From: Mobula hypostoma
Lineage: Eukaryota
Direction of reading: 5' to 3'
DNA length: 64,000 nucleotides
Assembly (NCBI RefSeq): GCF_963921235.1
Contig: NC_086108.1
Coordinates: 64,792,001 to 64,856,000 of the forward strand
Of this stretch, positions 12,631-25,626 are shown piece by piece. The notes under the pieces are model-generated. The model searched no databases and was not told where the DNA came from. It saw only the letters and a list, made by a program, of their open reading frames with translations. The position numbers were made by a program, and so were the translations under genes. Numbering within the stretch: position 1 is the stretch's first letter; each line of letters opens with the position of its first letter.

Positions 12631-13228
12631 GTCCTAGCAAAGACCTGGATCCGCTGCAAATTGCCTATCGCAATTTGGTCTATGGAAGATGCAATTTCTT
12701 TGGCTCTTCATGTGCCCTTGGATCAGTTGGACAATACAAATTCCTATGTCAGGTTGTTGTTTATTGACTACAGCTCAGCATTTAACACGATCATTCCTAC
12801 AGTTCTGATCAAAAAGCTCCAGAACCTGGGCCTTTGCAACTCAATCCTTGACTTGCCAACCAGAAGATCACAATCTGTGTGGATCGGAAGTAACATCTCC
12901 ACCTCGCTGATAATCAACACTAGTGTACCTCAGAGTTGTGTGCTTAGCCCACTGCTGTACTCTCTCTACACCCATGACTGTGTGGCTAGGCACAACTTGA
13001 ATGCCATCTATAAATTTGCTGATGATGCAACTATTGTTGGCAAAGTTTCAGGTGGTGACGAGGAGGCATACTGGAGTGAGATAGATCAGCTGGTTGAGTG
13101 GTGTCACAGCAACAATCTTGCACTCAACGTCTGTAAGACCAAAGAACCAATTGTGGGCTTCAGAAACTGTAAAATTAGGGAACACACACCAGTCGTCATA
13201 GAAAGATCAGGATCAGAAGTAGAAAGAA
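12631..13228 (+). mobile_element. Rex1/Babar-type LINE RT fragment
   Basis: ORF 12616-13266: YVRLLFIDYSSAFNTIIP, VPQSCVLSPLLYSLYTHDC, KFADDATIVG, NLALNVCKTKE. Confidence 0.9.
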
Positions 13229-14885
13229 CTTCCTTATATATATGGCAGAACAAAACCCTAGGTTAGGTAAAAGGCATTTACAGAAATCTAAAAAAGACGG
13301 GGGGGGGGGTGGTTAGCGCTCCTGAATTTTAGATTTTACTATTCTACTATTGGGCAATTAACATTCAATACTTAAAATTTTGGTTATGGGTCTTGGATGT
13401 AATTTCAAGTCCACATTGGGTAAATCTTGAATGTAATTCTTTACAAGGGTTTTCATTGGTTCTGTTTTAGGGACTTCGCTTCCTTTTATTCTTTCTAAAT
13501 TGTATAAACAAATGAATAACCCAATAGTTAAACATACTTTACGTATATGGTTTCAATTTCGAAAAATTTTTGGGTTGAACCAATTTATTTTAGCAAGTCC
13601 AATTATATCTAATTTCTTTTTTCAACCCTCCACTGTGGATCAAGCTTATTTAGATTGGAAAATCAAAGGTATAGTACGATTTCGTGATTTATTTTTGGAT
13701 AATTGTTTTATGTCCTTTGAACAGCTATCTAATAAATACAATTTCCCTACATCTCACTTTTTAGATATTTACAGGTTAGAGACTTTTTAATTACTGTTTC
13801 TCCTAATTATCTACATTTATATCCAATGGATATTTTGGAAAAAATTTTAGATTTAAATCTTCTTCAGAAAGGTGTTGTAGCAATTATTTATAATATAATT
13901 ATGAATTTGTGTCCTGATGTATCTAATAAAATTAAAACTGATTGGGAAAGAGAACTCAAGATTACTGTACCGATTGAAAAATGGGAAAATAATTCTTCAA
14001 TTAGTTAACTCATCCTCTGTATGTGCTAAACATGCGTTGATGCAGTTTAAAATAGTGCACAGGGCTCATATGACCAAAGATAAATTATCTCGTTATTACT
14101 CTTATATAAATCCTATATGTGATAGATGTCATTCCGAGATGGCTTCTTTAACTCACATGCTTTGATCATGTCCTTTGTTGAAAAAATATTGGAAAGATAT
14201 TTTTGATATTATTTCAACGGTTTTGAATGTAGACTTACAACCTCACCCAATTACTGCTATTTTTGGGTTACCAATGATAGAATCAAATCATTTAACCTCT
14301 TCAGCTCGTTGGATGATTCCATTTCTTACTTTAATGGCTAGAAGATCCATTTTGCTGAATTGGAAAGAGATTAATCCTCCTACCACATTTCATTGGTTTT
14401 CTCAAACTATGCTGTGTTTAAATTTGGAAAAAATTAGAAGTTTTGTTTATGACCCCTCTATCAAATTCAAAAAGACTTGGAGGCCATTTATTCAACATTT
14501 TCATATGATGTAATTTGACCATTTCCAAACTTATTTTACTTCTTTGTAATGTTGGTTGAGAGGAATGGAGTCGCCGACACTAAGGTTTTCTTTTTTCTCT
14601 CTGTTTACGATGTTACAAAACAGCCCATGTCTTTTTTAGTTTAGTTGATTAATTCGGTTTAGATTAGTTTTTTTGGGTTTTTTTCCCCCTTTTTCACGAT
14701 TTTTTAAAGATATTTTTCTTTGTTTTATATTATTCACTTGTATCCTATATGATTGGGAGTTTTATCATTTAAGTGTTATCTGGCTTTATAATCACTTATG
14801 TTAATTATAACAATGTATTCCCAATAACTTTGTACTACTACCATGTTATGTTTATTTTTATGAAATTAATAAAAAGATTGAAAAT
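13229..14885 (+). mobile_element. 5'-truncated L1-clade LINE (ORF2 C-terminus and 3' UTR)
   Basis: Frameshifted ORFs 13500-14513 with QFKIVHRAH and the CCHC motif CDRC...LTHML*SCP; ends aattaataaaaag; 13-bp TSD GAAGTAGAAAGAA at 13216-13228 and 14886-14898. Confidence 0.9.
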
Positions 14886-14904
14886 GAAGTAGAAAGAATT
14901 TTGA

Positions 14905-15815
14905 AAGATCGTTTATAATGCCTCCACAATCTCTTCAGCTACCTCTTTCAGAACCTTGGGGTATAGTCCATCTGGTCCAGGTGAGTTATCTACCTTCAGA
15001 CCTTTCAGCTTCCCAAGTACCAACTACACTAATTTCTGTCCCCTGACTCTAGAATTTCTGGCCTACTGCTAGTGTCTTCCACAGTAAAGACTGATGCAAA
15101 ATACTTATTAAGTTTGTCTGCAATATACCTCTCCAGAGTAATTTTCTAGCAGTCGAGTACCCACTCTTGCCTCTCTTTCTCTCTTTATATATCTGAAAAA
15201 TATTTTTGTTATCCTCATTTATATCATTTGCAAGCATGCTTCATATTTCATCTTTTCTCTCCTTATGGCTTTTTAGTTGTCTTCTGTTGGTTTTTTTAAA
15301 GTTTTCCAATCCTTTAACTTCTCAATAATTTTTGCTGGATTATATGTCTCTCTGTTGCTGTTATGTTGTCTTTGACTTCCTTTGTCAGCCACAGTTGCAT
15401 TGTCTTCCATTTAGAATAGTTCTTCATCTTCGGAACAAATCTATCCTGTGACTTTCGAATTGCTCCCAGAAACTCCTGCCGTTGTCGCTCTGCCATCATC
15501 CCTGCTAGTATCCCCTTCCAATCAATTCTGGCTAGATCCTCTCTCATGCCTCTGTAATACTGATAAATCTGACTTTAATTTCTCCTTTTCAAACTGCAGG
15601 GTGAATTCTATCATATTATGATCACTGTCTCCTAATGTTTCCTTTACCTTAAGATCCTTAATCAAGTCTGTTTCATTACACAATACCCAATCCCGAATTG
15701 CCTTTCCACAATTGGGCTCAACCACTGTCTGCTCTAAAAAGCTACGTTTCAGGTGTTCTCTAAATTCCATCTCCTGGGATCCAGCACCAACCTGATATTC
15801 CCAATCTACCTGCAG
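14905..15815 (-). mobile_element. CR1 LINE fragment (endonuclease end, linker, start of RT)
   Basis: ORFs 15522-15770 (DWVLCNE...LGDSDHNMIEF), 15314-15547 and 15049-15237. Confidence 0.9.
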
Positions 15816-16089
15816 TCAGAATCTTTTTCCTCGAATGAAAGTGTCAAATACAAAGTGACTTTGATGGGGTTTTATATCAGTCATGGTCATTGTTACTAAC
15901 TCTAGCTGGTGTTGTTCTTCCCAAATACCTGATTATTAGCTAAATTTAAATTGCACAGCTGCCGTGGAACTTTGATTTCTGGGTTGTTAGTCCATGTGTG
16001 TTGATTACAAGTCTGATTATGCTACTGTGCTAATCAGACTTATGATTAATCTGTTTTTATATAACAACTCTATACAATGATTGAAATAA

Positions 16090-17215
16090 TATGGAAGGGT
16101 ATGAGAACTGGAGTGATAGTGCTGAGGATGGGGCAGTTGGTAGACAACTAGATGCAGTATGTAGTAAGACTGTGAGGAAGGTCAGGCAGATGATAGGGTA
16201 AAATTGTAGTCAGTGGGATGTTAAAATGCAACAGGGGGCCAAAATTAAAAAGGGTGATGAATACAGGACTGAGGGTGTTATATTTGAATGCACACGTATA
16301 TGGAATAAGGAAAATGATCTTGTGGCACAATTAAAATTTGGCAGTTGTGATGTTGTGGGTAGCAGGGTGTCATTAGAAGGACTTAGACAGAATGGCAGAA
16401 TGGACAAGAAGTGACTTGGCATATAATGTAGGTAAGTGCACGGTCATGCTCTTTGGTAGAAAGAATAAAGGCATGGATTATTTCGTAAATGGGGAGAAAA
16501 TACAAAAATCAGAGGTGCAATGGGACTTGGGAGCGCTCATGCAGGACTCCCTAAAGGTTAACCTACAGTTGAGTTGGTGGTAAGGAAGGCAAATGCAATG
16601 TTAGCATTCGTTTTGAGAGGAGTAGAATACAAAAGCAAAGATGTAATGTTGTGTCTTTATAAGGCATTGGTCAGACCACACGAGTATTGTGAGCAGTTTT
16701 TGGCCTCTTGTCTAAGAAAAGATGTGCTGGCATTGGAGAGAGTCCAGAGGAGATTCACGAGAATGGTATCTTATGATGAGCATTTATTGGCTCTAGGCTT
16801 GTACTCGTGAAGTTTAGAAGAACGAGGGGGTATCTCATTGAAACCTATTGGATATTAAAAGATCTGGATAGAGTAGATGTGGAGAGGAAGTTTTCTATTG
16901 TGGGGGTGTCTAGGACCAGAGCGCACAGCCTCAGAATTGAAGGATGTCCATTTACAACAGAGCTGAGGAAAAATTTCTTTAGTCAAAGGTGATAAATCTC
17001 TGGAATTCATTGCCACAGACTTCTGTGCAGACGAAGTCATTGGGTATATTCAAGGCAGAGGTTGATAGTTCTTGATTTATATGGACATTAAAAGTTACCG
17101 GGAAAAGGCGGGAGAATAGGTTTGAGAGAGATAATAAATCAGCCATGATTGAATGGCGGAGCAGATTTGATGGTCCAAATATCCTAATTCTGCTCCTAGG
17201 TCTTATGGATTTGGT
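16090..17215 (+). mobile_element. CR1 LINE with large internal deletion (endonuclease start fused to RT C-terminus and 3' UTR)
   Basis: RIWNKENDLVAQL near 16300 joined to ORFs KANAMLAF, LYKALVRPH, LERVQRRFTRM, LRKNFFSQR; tail tcttatgg...tcttat. Confidence 0.88.
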
Positions 17216-19293
17216 CTTATTTATTTGTTCATTTTTGTGCACTCGTTCATTACTTTGTAATTTATAAGATTTTAAATATTAAGTATTAACATTTAAGGAT
17301 TGTCCATTTATGCCAAATAAAAGTCAGTTTAAAGAGCCATATTCAGCAGCTGATGTTTATGGGATCTCAACATGCTTGCTAACTGTTGTGGGGGCATGGT
17401 CAGTTTTATGGGGAGGCTGTGCTAATGTTTCCCTCAAAAGTTACCATAATTAATGCTGAAGTTGACGAGTATGACAAAGTACGCAATCTCCTGGGATATT
17501 TTGCTGACTGAGGCAATCAAGCAACTTTTACCTGATATGTTCATAAGTCTCAATTCATACAAATCTCTGTGATACAGATGAATTACAGTACAGCCATTAA
17601 TGAGATCTTGGTGCTTAATGGTGATCACACCTGCTGCCCTTTAGCATTGTTCCAGACAGAAGAATTTCCATGAAAGTCCAAATTATTCAATGGGATATGA
17701 AAAGATGGGCACAATAAGGGAGAAGGAACTCTTGTTTTTAACGAATGTAGAAGCCCTCATTTGCCATTGATTCAAAGAGTGTTCTCAGTTGGTGACACTG
17801 GCACATGTAGAATATATGTATTGTCATTTGTAAAGCAATTTGAATAGATATCATGAAGCTGTACTTGTGCTCAAGTTTCATACTATAACTTGGAGAGCAA
17901 GATTTTTCAGTAATAGCCAATGCAAAGGTAGATTAAAACGATGTACTGCCAGTGCAGATCTGTGAACACATTACAATGTTATGGCACTGCTGGTACCAGT
18001 ATTTGAATAAAGCTTTACAACCATTCTGTAATACAAATGTGAATGATCAGCAAAATAAATATGATTAAAATGTGCACAATGATCAGTTATTTCAAGAATT
18101 TCAAGGAAGAAGATTGTGGATGAGCTACCTGTCTAATCCACAGAAATGGTAAATTTGAAAGTGTTAACCTTACAAGAGTTGGAGGAAGTTGTGCCTGCAT
18201 ACAGTTTGTCATGAATGCAGAGCAAAATCACCTTAGGTACAAGAGTAGCTGTGGATATAACTAGACTGAATTTTCCCATTATGTCCCTACTGTCTTGTGT
18301 CAAAAGGTGTGGGAGGGGGCAGAGGTGATTTTTAAACATCTTATTTCAAGAGAATGCCACTCTCTTCACTTGGCAAAGTTCTGTAGCACACAGCAGAAGA
18401 TGAAGTCCTTTTGGTCACTGCTGACTCTCTGTAGAATGACGTAGGCAGGAAGAACTCATCTTCAGAAGGCCTATGTTGTGATCCTGGTACTTGTGTGGCT
18501 CTTGTCATATCTGTGCTCAGCTCCTTTTGTTGGGGAACACATTCACGTTAGTATGCATGGGGAATTGAGATTAGTACCTTTTCCCCAGGGTCCATCCCTT
18601 TGGGTAGTGCTGAAAATACCCAGCACTGTGGGACTGTCTCAAGAAGTGCTTTCTGAAAACATTCAATCTGAGGAATTATTTGTTCTCGAAGGAATATTCA
18701 TGTCATAGGAGTTGACATCTCTTGGTTCATTGGAAGATTTGGATTATTAAGGGGAGCCTTTGTGGGTAGTGAGGAGCAAATTGTGAGAGGCTACAGCCAA
18801 CTTGGAAAAATTCTGTGTTAATGAGATAGAAGATCACTGATCTCCATGGAGAGAGCAGACCAAGCATGAGAAGATGGGCAAATGGCTTCCTCCAGCACAT
18901 TACATACCTTGATAGTGCAGCCTTGGAAAATCTGGGCCTGCAAATACATTATTCATTAGGGAGGAGCAGGTAAAATGTGAGCTCTCTAAATCTTGTCTGG
19001 GTGTAGTTTCTTTGCTAATGGCATAGTTTTGCTTCATACCTTAAGGTGGTCCACCCACCTTACAGTCTCCAAATAAAGCATGCTGCCAGTGGTGTCAACA
19101 CTAATGCATCCCTTATGAGTTTCTCAGCAGCTAAATGCTGAAAGACTCATTGTCTGTTGTAGCACTCTGTAGGCTTAGAAGGTGCTTGACGAATTTTCAG
19201 TCAGTTCTGAATGTGCTCAGTCAGGTCACTGGATGCCAAAGCATGTCACTTTAAATAGCAACAAAGCACATGAGGAGATCCTCATTGCACTAA

Positions 19294-19767
19294 AGCCTGG
19301 TTTATACTTCTGCGTCAATGCAACCCCTACGCAAAGCCGACGCGGAACCCTACGCCAGAGCCTGCATTGCTGCAACGTGCACCTCTCCCAAATTGTAACC
19401 ACGCGTCGTGGCAACGCAGACCGTAAGAACTGTGATTGGTCCGCTTGGTAGCATTGCATTTCCTCCTGCGCTGCAATAGCTTCCCATTGGGTGACTGAAG
19501 GGCAGGGAAGGAACTCTGGCTGCAATGCTTTCCATAAAGCTTTACAGATCTACGAAATTATGGAGGGCACATTTCACTTTTACGAAAAAAGATGCTCGCT
19601 TCTTGGTTTCCCCGAGAGAGGCTACCATGACCATGAAGCCTTGTGCGGGCAGCTGAGTGCGCATGCGTGACGTGCACGAATTGCAGTGCGGCGCAGACAC
19701 ATCAACGTACTCACAATGTGCGTAAGTCACTTGCGTAGGTTACGGCGTCCAGTTAATGCAGAAGGCT
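19294..19767. mobile_element. PIF/Harbinger-type MITE, CpG-rich
   Basis: TAA on both sides (19291-19293, 19768-19770); left end AGCCTGGTTTATACTTCTGCGT, right end ATGCAGAAG-GCT (TIR with internal deletion); subterminal cctacgca/tgcgtagg inverted motifs. Confidence 0.75.
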
Positions 19768-20678
19768 TAAGACTGTACCACAATGGTTGTTTTGTGGGGC
19801 TTTCTGTGTAGTTGGGAATAAGAAGAAATATGTGTAACACAAATAATGACACCAAAAGAACATCAGACATGGTGTTATGAAGTGAGCACAGATGCACTGG
19901 TCCAATTTTTTTTATTGACACAACTTTACCTGGAAAAAAAACCTGTTACCCAGTGCTCTCCCAATGAAGTTAGAATTGGATTGCTTTTCACCTAAAGATG
20001 GACATCATGTGATCCATTTTCTGTGCTCTTGTTCTGTTGTGTTGTTTAAATTGACAATGCTTGAAATCATGTTGTTTATTCCTTAATATCTCATTGCCTG
20101 TTAGGAGGGGCCCAATGCAATGTTGTATTAATATTAATCTTAGCGTGGTATTGATAGTTTCGCAGCTGTTAAAGTGCATGTGTTTAAGTTCCGATATGTT
20201 AAAGACACCAGTGGCACTTGTCATTATGAAGAATAAATCTTTCAACATGTTGTGGCTGAAAAGGCTGAGTAAAGTGGTTTATGGTAGGATTGTTTGTCCC
20301 ACAGACCATGGGGTTAATTAGAGGTTACCATTGCCTCACCCCTTCCCTTCTCTCCTCCCCCAGCTGGAAACACAACAGGACTCTGAGCAGTCAGTCTGCA
20401 GTCATGACTTTGACCTAAATTTGACGGAAAAATATAAGTTTCCTTTACCATGAGTGCATCACTAAACATATTAAGAGATTTTTTATCAATTAATCTTGGT
20501 GTGTGCATATAACATGTTATTTATTTAAATATAATTTATACATATACAGATGCATGCACTTCTGTTAGCATATATAATGAGAAATCATGAGAAAACTGCT
20601 TTTAAATTGTTTAATCTTTCTGTTTGAGGCATACTTGATTTTTAAAAGTTTTCTATGCTGCTTATTGACTTTAATTGA

Positions 20679-20818
20679 GCATCAGAGTTTGATGAAGGGT
20701 CTTGGCCCGAAACGCTGACTGTACTCTTTTCCATAGATGCTGCCTGGCCTGCTGAGTTCGTCCAGCATTTTGAGTATGTTGCTTTGATTTCCAGCATCTG
20801 CAGATTTTCTCTTGTTTG
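20679..20818 (+). mobile_element. Penelope-type short repeat with degenerate hammerhead
   Basis: TTGATGA-AGGGTCTTGGCCC-GAAACGCT-GACTG...ccagcatctgcagattttctc; flanked by imperfect direct repeats ttattgactttaattga and tcattgactttcattga. Confidence 0.85.
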
Positions 20819-23488
20819 TCATTGACTTTCATTGATGTAGACAGATGTAAATTATTAGAATCAGATGTTTATATTTTGGTGTTGCCTGAAATATGTAATA
20901 TAGATGTAAACATTTGTATGTAGAATATTGGATGGCTTATGGTAGATACCTGATATAGCAGCTTTCTGATCGTAAGGTTTGGCAGTGCAGCTTGCTTTGG
21001 AAAGTTACTCGGGGGCCCCTATTAAGTATTCAGGAAAAAATGCAAAGATTTTTCAGTGTGTTTTTATAATATTTTAATAGTTTTAGTTTCATAAATTTTG
21101 AAGTGAAGCATTAATATTTCTTATAGTACCCTTGATACATTTATTAACCTAGAAAAATAGTTTGTGAAGCTGCTTATTCAACAGAATTGTCTTCCCTGAA
21201 CCCGTTGAACTTGCTGTTTTACTTGGTCAGATTGTGTGGCTCATGAAGACAATTGTCTTGTGGTTCAGTAAGGGGAGAAATGATTGTTTCCTGTATTTAA
21301 AAAAAAGTTGCTGCGTAATTTTGTTTAGATGAGTTAGCAATACTTAATTACCTCTATATATTAAAGAAAATTAAAATTCTAATTTAATAGCATTTGCTTG
21401 AGAACTGCAGGGACCAACCTGTTGGTGCAACAGTTTAAACCCTGATTATCATAGCAGTTACTTATTTTCTGTTTTCTGCGAAAGCTCTTCAGCTTTAAAT
21501 TATTGGAGGTAGGATTTTGCAACTACACTAGAATTTGACGGAAGCACAAAAATGAAAAAGTCATAACATATTTCAAATTTGCTTTTCATTATTTAAGTTC
21601 AACAAAATACGAACAGGAATATTTTTTATTTACATCTTTTTCTTCAATTCCTGAGTCTTATTATCCTAAAGGAACTAGCCCTTTTAATGGCCCATTATGA
21701 CAACATTGCTCTTGGTATCTTTAAGTGTTCAAATGAGTCTGAATTCTTTTTAGGAAGGATGTTTATGGCCAAGCCAATGAGAAAGTTGACTCAGCACCAG
21801 CAACAACCGCTGAATGTACTATGTTGCTTAGATTTGCATAACAATGGACCCTAGGTTAAGGGGAATATCCCAAATTCAATGTAGAGCTAAAAAAATACAG
21901 GCATAAAGTGATACTAAACACTGCACAGAATCCTCACACCTCCTACCTTGCTTCCTATGAGTGGATTGTGATAAACCAATACCCCCTCTCCCTCCACTAT
22001 CACCACCACTACACCTCTCCCTAGACTAGAGCTAGTCCCTAGTCTGTTGCTGCTTGTTTCTCTTTTCACTGAAGGGGAATTGACATTGGCTAATATGATC
22101 TATCTTTCTCTATCTACTGTTTCCATTCTCCTCTGCTGTGCAGTATCTTCTGAATCTTCTCTTCATCAAGCTCTTCTTCTTTCCCATTTACCTTTCCCCT
22201 CAAAGAACATGGCTCTCATTTGTAGTCCTCCTGTTCTCCTCCAATACCTGCCCTAGCACTTTGTTCTTCATCCCATGATGTCTCCTGCTTTGATAATACA
22301 CTACTTTGTCTGCCTCTCTTCCCCTTTCATTCTTCTCCTTATCTAGCACCATTTGCCCATCTATCACCATCTATCACTGTTGGCACCTTCCTTGATTACT
22401 CAACACCTAGTGATCTGTTGTACCTGAATGCTGGGCTTTATCTTTACCTTTGCTACAGTGCAATCACTTGTTGGCTATTGAGCTGAGAGTGGATGGGTTA
22501 AGAATTAAACTTTAGCAAAAGTGATGAAGGCAATGAATGTACAATGACAATACCCAAGAACTGATTTAATTCAGTGAGAGCTTTTAGTGCATATTTGGAT
22601 TACTGGAGCCATTATTTATTGCAGGAGATTATTATATTGGATTGATAGGACCCATTCTCTCACTAGTAAATTTCCAAAAGGCTGTCTGTAGTTACAAATA
22701 CAATAAATGATTGCAATAAATTTACGGTACTATTTCACTATTTTATTAAATAGTGTTATGATAACCTTCAAAAATTGTTGGATTCTTTGTATCATTTGAG
22801 AAATGCCAATCTAGCTTCAGTACAAAACCACATCTCTCAACATTTTGACAAATGTAATCCTTGAAATTTTGCACAGTTTTAATAGTCATATTTTATAAAA
22901 GTAGAATAACTAATTTTGAGAAAGGAGATGTGAGAAAATAGTGGGCAGAATGGGTGAGCCATTTGAATTCTTCTCAAAGCCACAGACGGAACTGCTTGAT
23001 GGAATAAAACTGAGATCTTGTTTGATTTGTACAGATGTTAATGATTTTGCTCTTTCTCTCCACCACACCCCATGTGTAGTAAGTTTGGATAGTCTTGACT
23101 CGCTCAGACCATAACAAATATATAAAGCTACAACTCATTTCACATTAAGGAGACAGTATCTTTTTGGAAGATCAGAAAAATAGGCTGTGTGTGAAATTCT
23201 TGACATTGGGGTTGAGGCCCCTTATTGAAACTAATTCATGGAAATTCATCTGTTGATACTACTGCATACTGATACTAAACTAACAATATAGAAAGACATT
23301 CCACTCCCCAGCACTGAAGTGTTCACTTTACTGTGCTCAAAGTTCAACCTCTGCTTCAATACTTAAAAAAAAATATCGTCTGGGAGTTTACAGCCCCACA
23401 GTGACTAGTATGATCAACAGCATTATTTCAGTTCATACATGTATAAAATTTAAATTGTAAAATTCAATTATTGACTTTAGCATTATTC

Positions 23489-23621
23489 TTTTCAATTATT
23501 TGATGTAATGGCACATGTTCTTTTTGGGGGGAAAGTGATTGCATTTTTGAATTTTCAATTACTTGATTTAATGGCACAAATATTCCTTTTTGGGGGAAAG
23601 TGATTGCATTTTTGAATTTTC
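23489..23621. repeat. Local tandem duplication, 2 x about 64 bp
   Basis: ttttcaatta...aatggcac...gggggaaagtgattgcatttttgaa occurs twice in tandem. Confidence 0.9.
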
Positions 23622-23835
23622 TCTGGAGTAGGTTTCCTCCCTTTGTCATTTTCTTGAAAAAAAAGGTGTAGCATTAGTAGAATTTGTCAACTGTTTTCTC
23701 TCAAACTAAGAGAATGCTGCATGGAAAGGATTTAAAAAAAAATAAATGAGAAAATGATTGATGAAGTTTGGTTATTGAGGGAAGATGTGAGAAGAGAAAA
23801 ATGCTACGTAAGTTTTGTGAAAAAGTGGCAGGTTA

Positions 23836-23963
23836 CTGACGAAGGGTCTCGGCCTGAAACGTCGACTGTACTTCTTCCTATAGATGCCGCCTGGCCTGCT
23901 GCGTTCCACCAGCATTTTGTGAGTGTTGCTTGAATTTCCAGCATCTGCAGATTTTCTCGTGTT
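23836..23963 (+). mobile_element. Penelope-type short repeat with intact hammerhead core sequence
   Basis: CTGACGA-AGGGTCTCGGCCT-GAAAC-GTC-GACTG at 23836-23868; 9-bp direct repeat CAGGTTACT at 23829-23837 and 23964-23972. Confidence 0.9.
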
Positions 23964-25606
23964 CAGGTTACTTTTACATCTAATTCAACTATGAAACCGG
24001 AATTAATAAAATATGATAAGCTTGTAACCTTATTTTTTTGATGTTGAGTACTACAAGATCCTTTTGGAATTTCTGTAGGTTGGAGCATTCTTGATCCAGG
24101 CAATGCTTCATGTTCAAACACACATGAACTCAAAGGCCCCAAGGATCTCATCAACTTCAAGACTTTGTCCCCGGGGTCAGGGACATCCTGTCAATAGTGA
24201 CTAGGCTCCAGGTGATGGATCTCAAGGCATTACTTCTCTATCCTATGGTGCCCTAATGGTCTGATGGCTTAGGCGTTTCTGTATGAATGATAAATATGGT
24301 TGAAACAAATCTAAAAGATTTTTTAAAAATCTTCCTGTGTTTAGAAATAAATCTTATGAATATTTAAATAAAATTCAGTAAAACAAACCACTTCCCTTTC
24401 TTGCTTTTTCCATCTAGGTTGAATGGGGCTGGGCTAAGTATGTTAGTAATGGCTAGCTTAATGCTGAGGGGCCAGGTGCAAAGTGTATCATTTCTTGGCC
24501 AATACAATTGAGTTCACCCTCTGGACCAGCATCTGATCTCCAGTACATCACTACTTCTACCCTCCAATGTGCAGACATGGAGGTCAAAGGCGTGTCAAAC
24601 AACAGGGGATAGGTGGACAGCTGTTGCATACAGGATTGTTACCAACAATGAAACACGATCTGGTCTTGTTCCTCTTTGTAAATGTACATATAATGGTTTC
24701 AGAAAACTGCACCAGCATATTTATGCTTAAGTGCTGCCAGTCAAATTTAGTTTTGGTAGAGATAGACAGAATATTATGAAATATATTTTTGTCCTTTGTG
24801 CATGGTATCTTCAAATATAAGAGGAGAATATTCCCAAAAGGCAGATCCTGCGGACAATGCCATTGGAGTTCCAATAGGAACTATATTCCTTTATTTTTTT
24901 CTTTCCTTTTCTTCTGGGCACAACTTGTTTGGTTGCTGCTGTTAAACAGTTCGTGGCAACCTGCAGATTGAAGATTTCTGTACATTCACCTGTATTTTTA
25001 CTTAGACAGTCATTCTCCCTTTCTGTTTTTTTTAAATGGTTCAGCTGAGATAAATCTGATGTAGCTCATTCATGTGTTTTCTTCCAATCTAGGACATGCC
25101 ATCTGAGACCAGTATAACTCAGCTCCAGGAATTAGGCACAAGGGTTTTGGAGCTTTTGTAAATGAGAAAACCAGCTGTGGAACACATACCTGTCCTATTA
25201 CATGATGAGTAACTGCTTCAGAAAGCCATTTATGGGTTTATTTCATTGAATATAGAATGATTTCAACTGGAAACCTTGTGGCTTACTTCTTTTATTAATT
25301 CTAAAGTATTTTGCAAAATAACATTTTTTGAAAACTTTGTTCCCTTTCTTATTCAGTTTAGTTGTCAAGATAAGGTGATGTAAACTTTATAAACTTTTTT
25401 TTAATAACTGGCCTTGGGCTGTTGTTGCAAAATTATGATGATGTTTTATGTTCTTTGCCCAACATTACAAAGTACGACTGACAACTGTGAAGGCAAATGG
25501 ATAGGATAAGTTTTGTTTTTTAATATATGTAATTAAAGATGATTTTAAAATTAGATCTCACCCCCCCACCCCCAACCTCTCGGAGAAGCAATATGCCACT
25601 TTTGTC

Positions 25607-25626
25607 CACTGCTCCATCTAGCGGAC
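25607..25626 (-). promoter_or_regulatory. Candidate CTCF site
   Basis: Minus strand GTCCGCTAGATGGAGCAGTG fits the CCASYAGRKGGCRS-like core; lies in non-repetitive sequence. Confidence 0.55.

Noticed and set aside
12616..13266. 216-aa RT ORF as a retron or domesticated RT gene
   Set aside because: Ordinary Rex1-type LINE fragment, truncated and fused to CR1 and L1 pieces.
20689..20721. Active hammerhead at this copy (also 10586 and 48185)
   Set aside because: Core substitutions (UUGAUGA with GCU site; CUGAUAA; AAAAU for GAAAC) make activity unlikely.
21765..21779. NFI autoregulatory site TGGCCAAGCCAA
   Set aside because: Spacing does not fit TTGGC(N5)GCCAA; half sites are too common to call.
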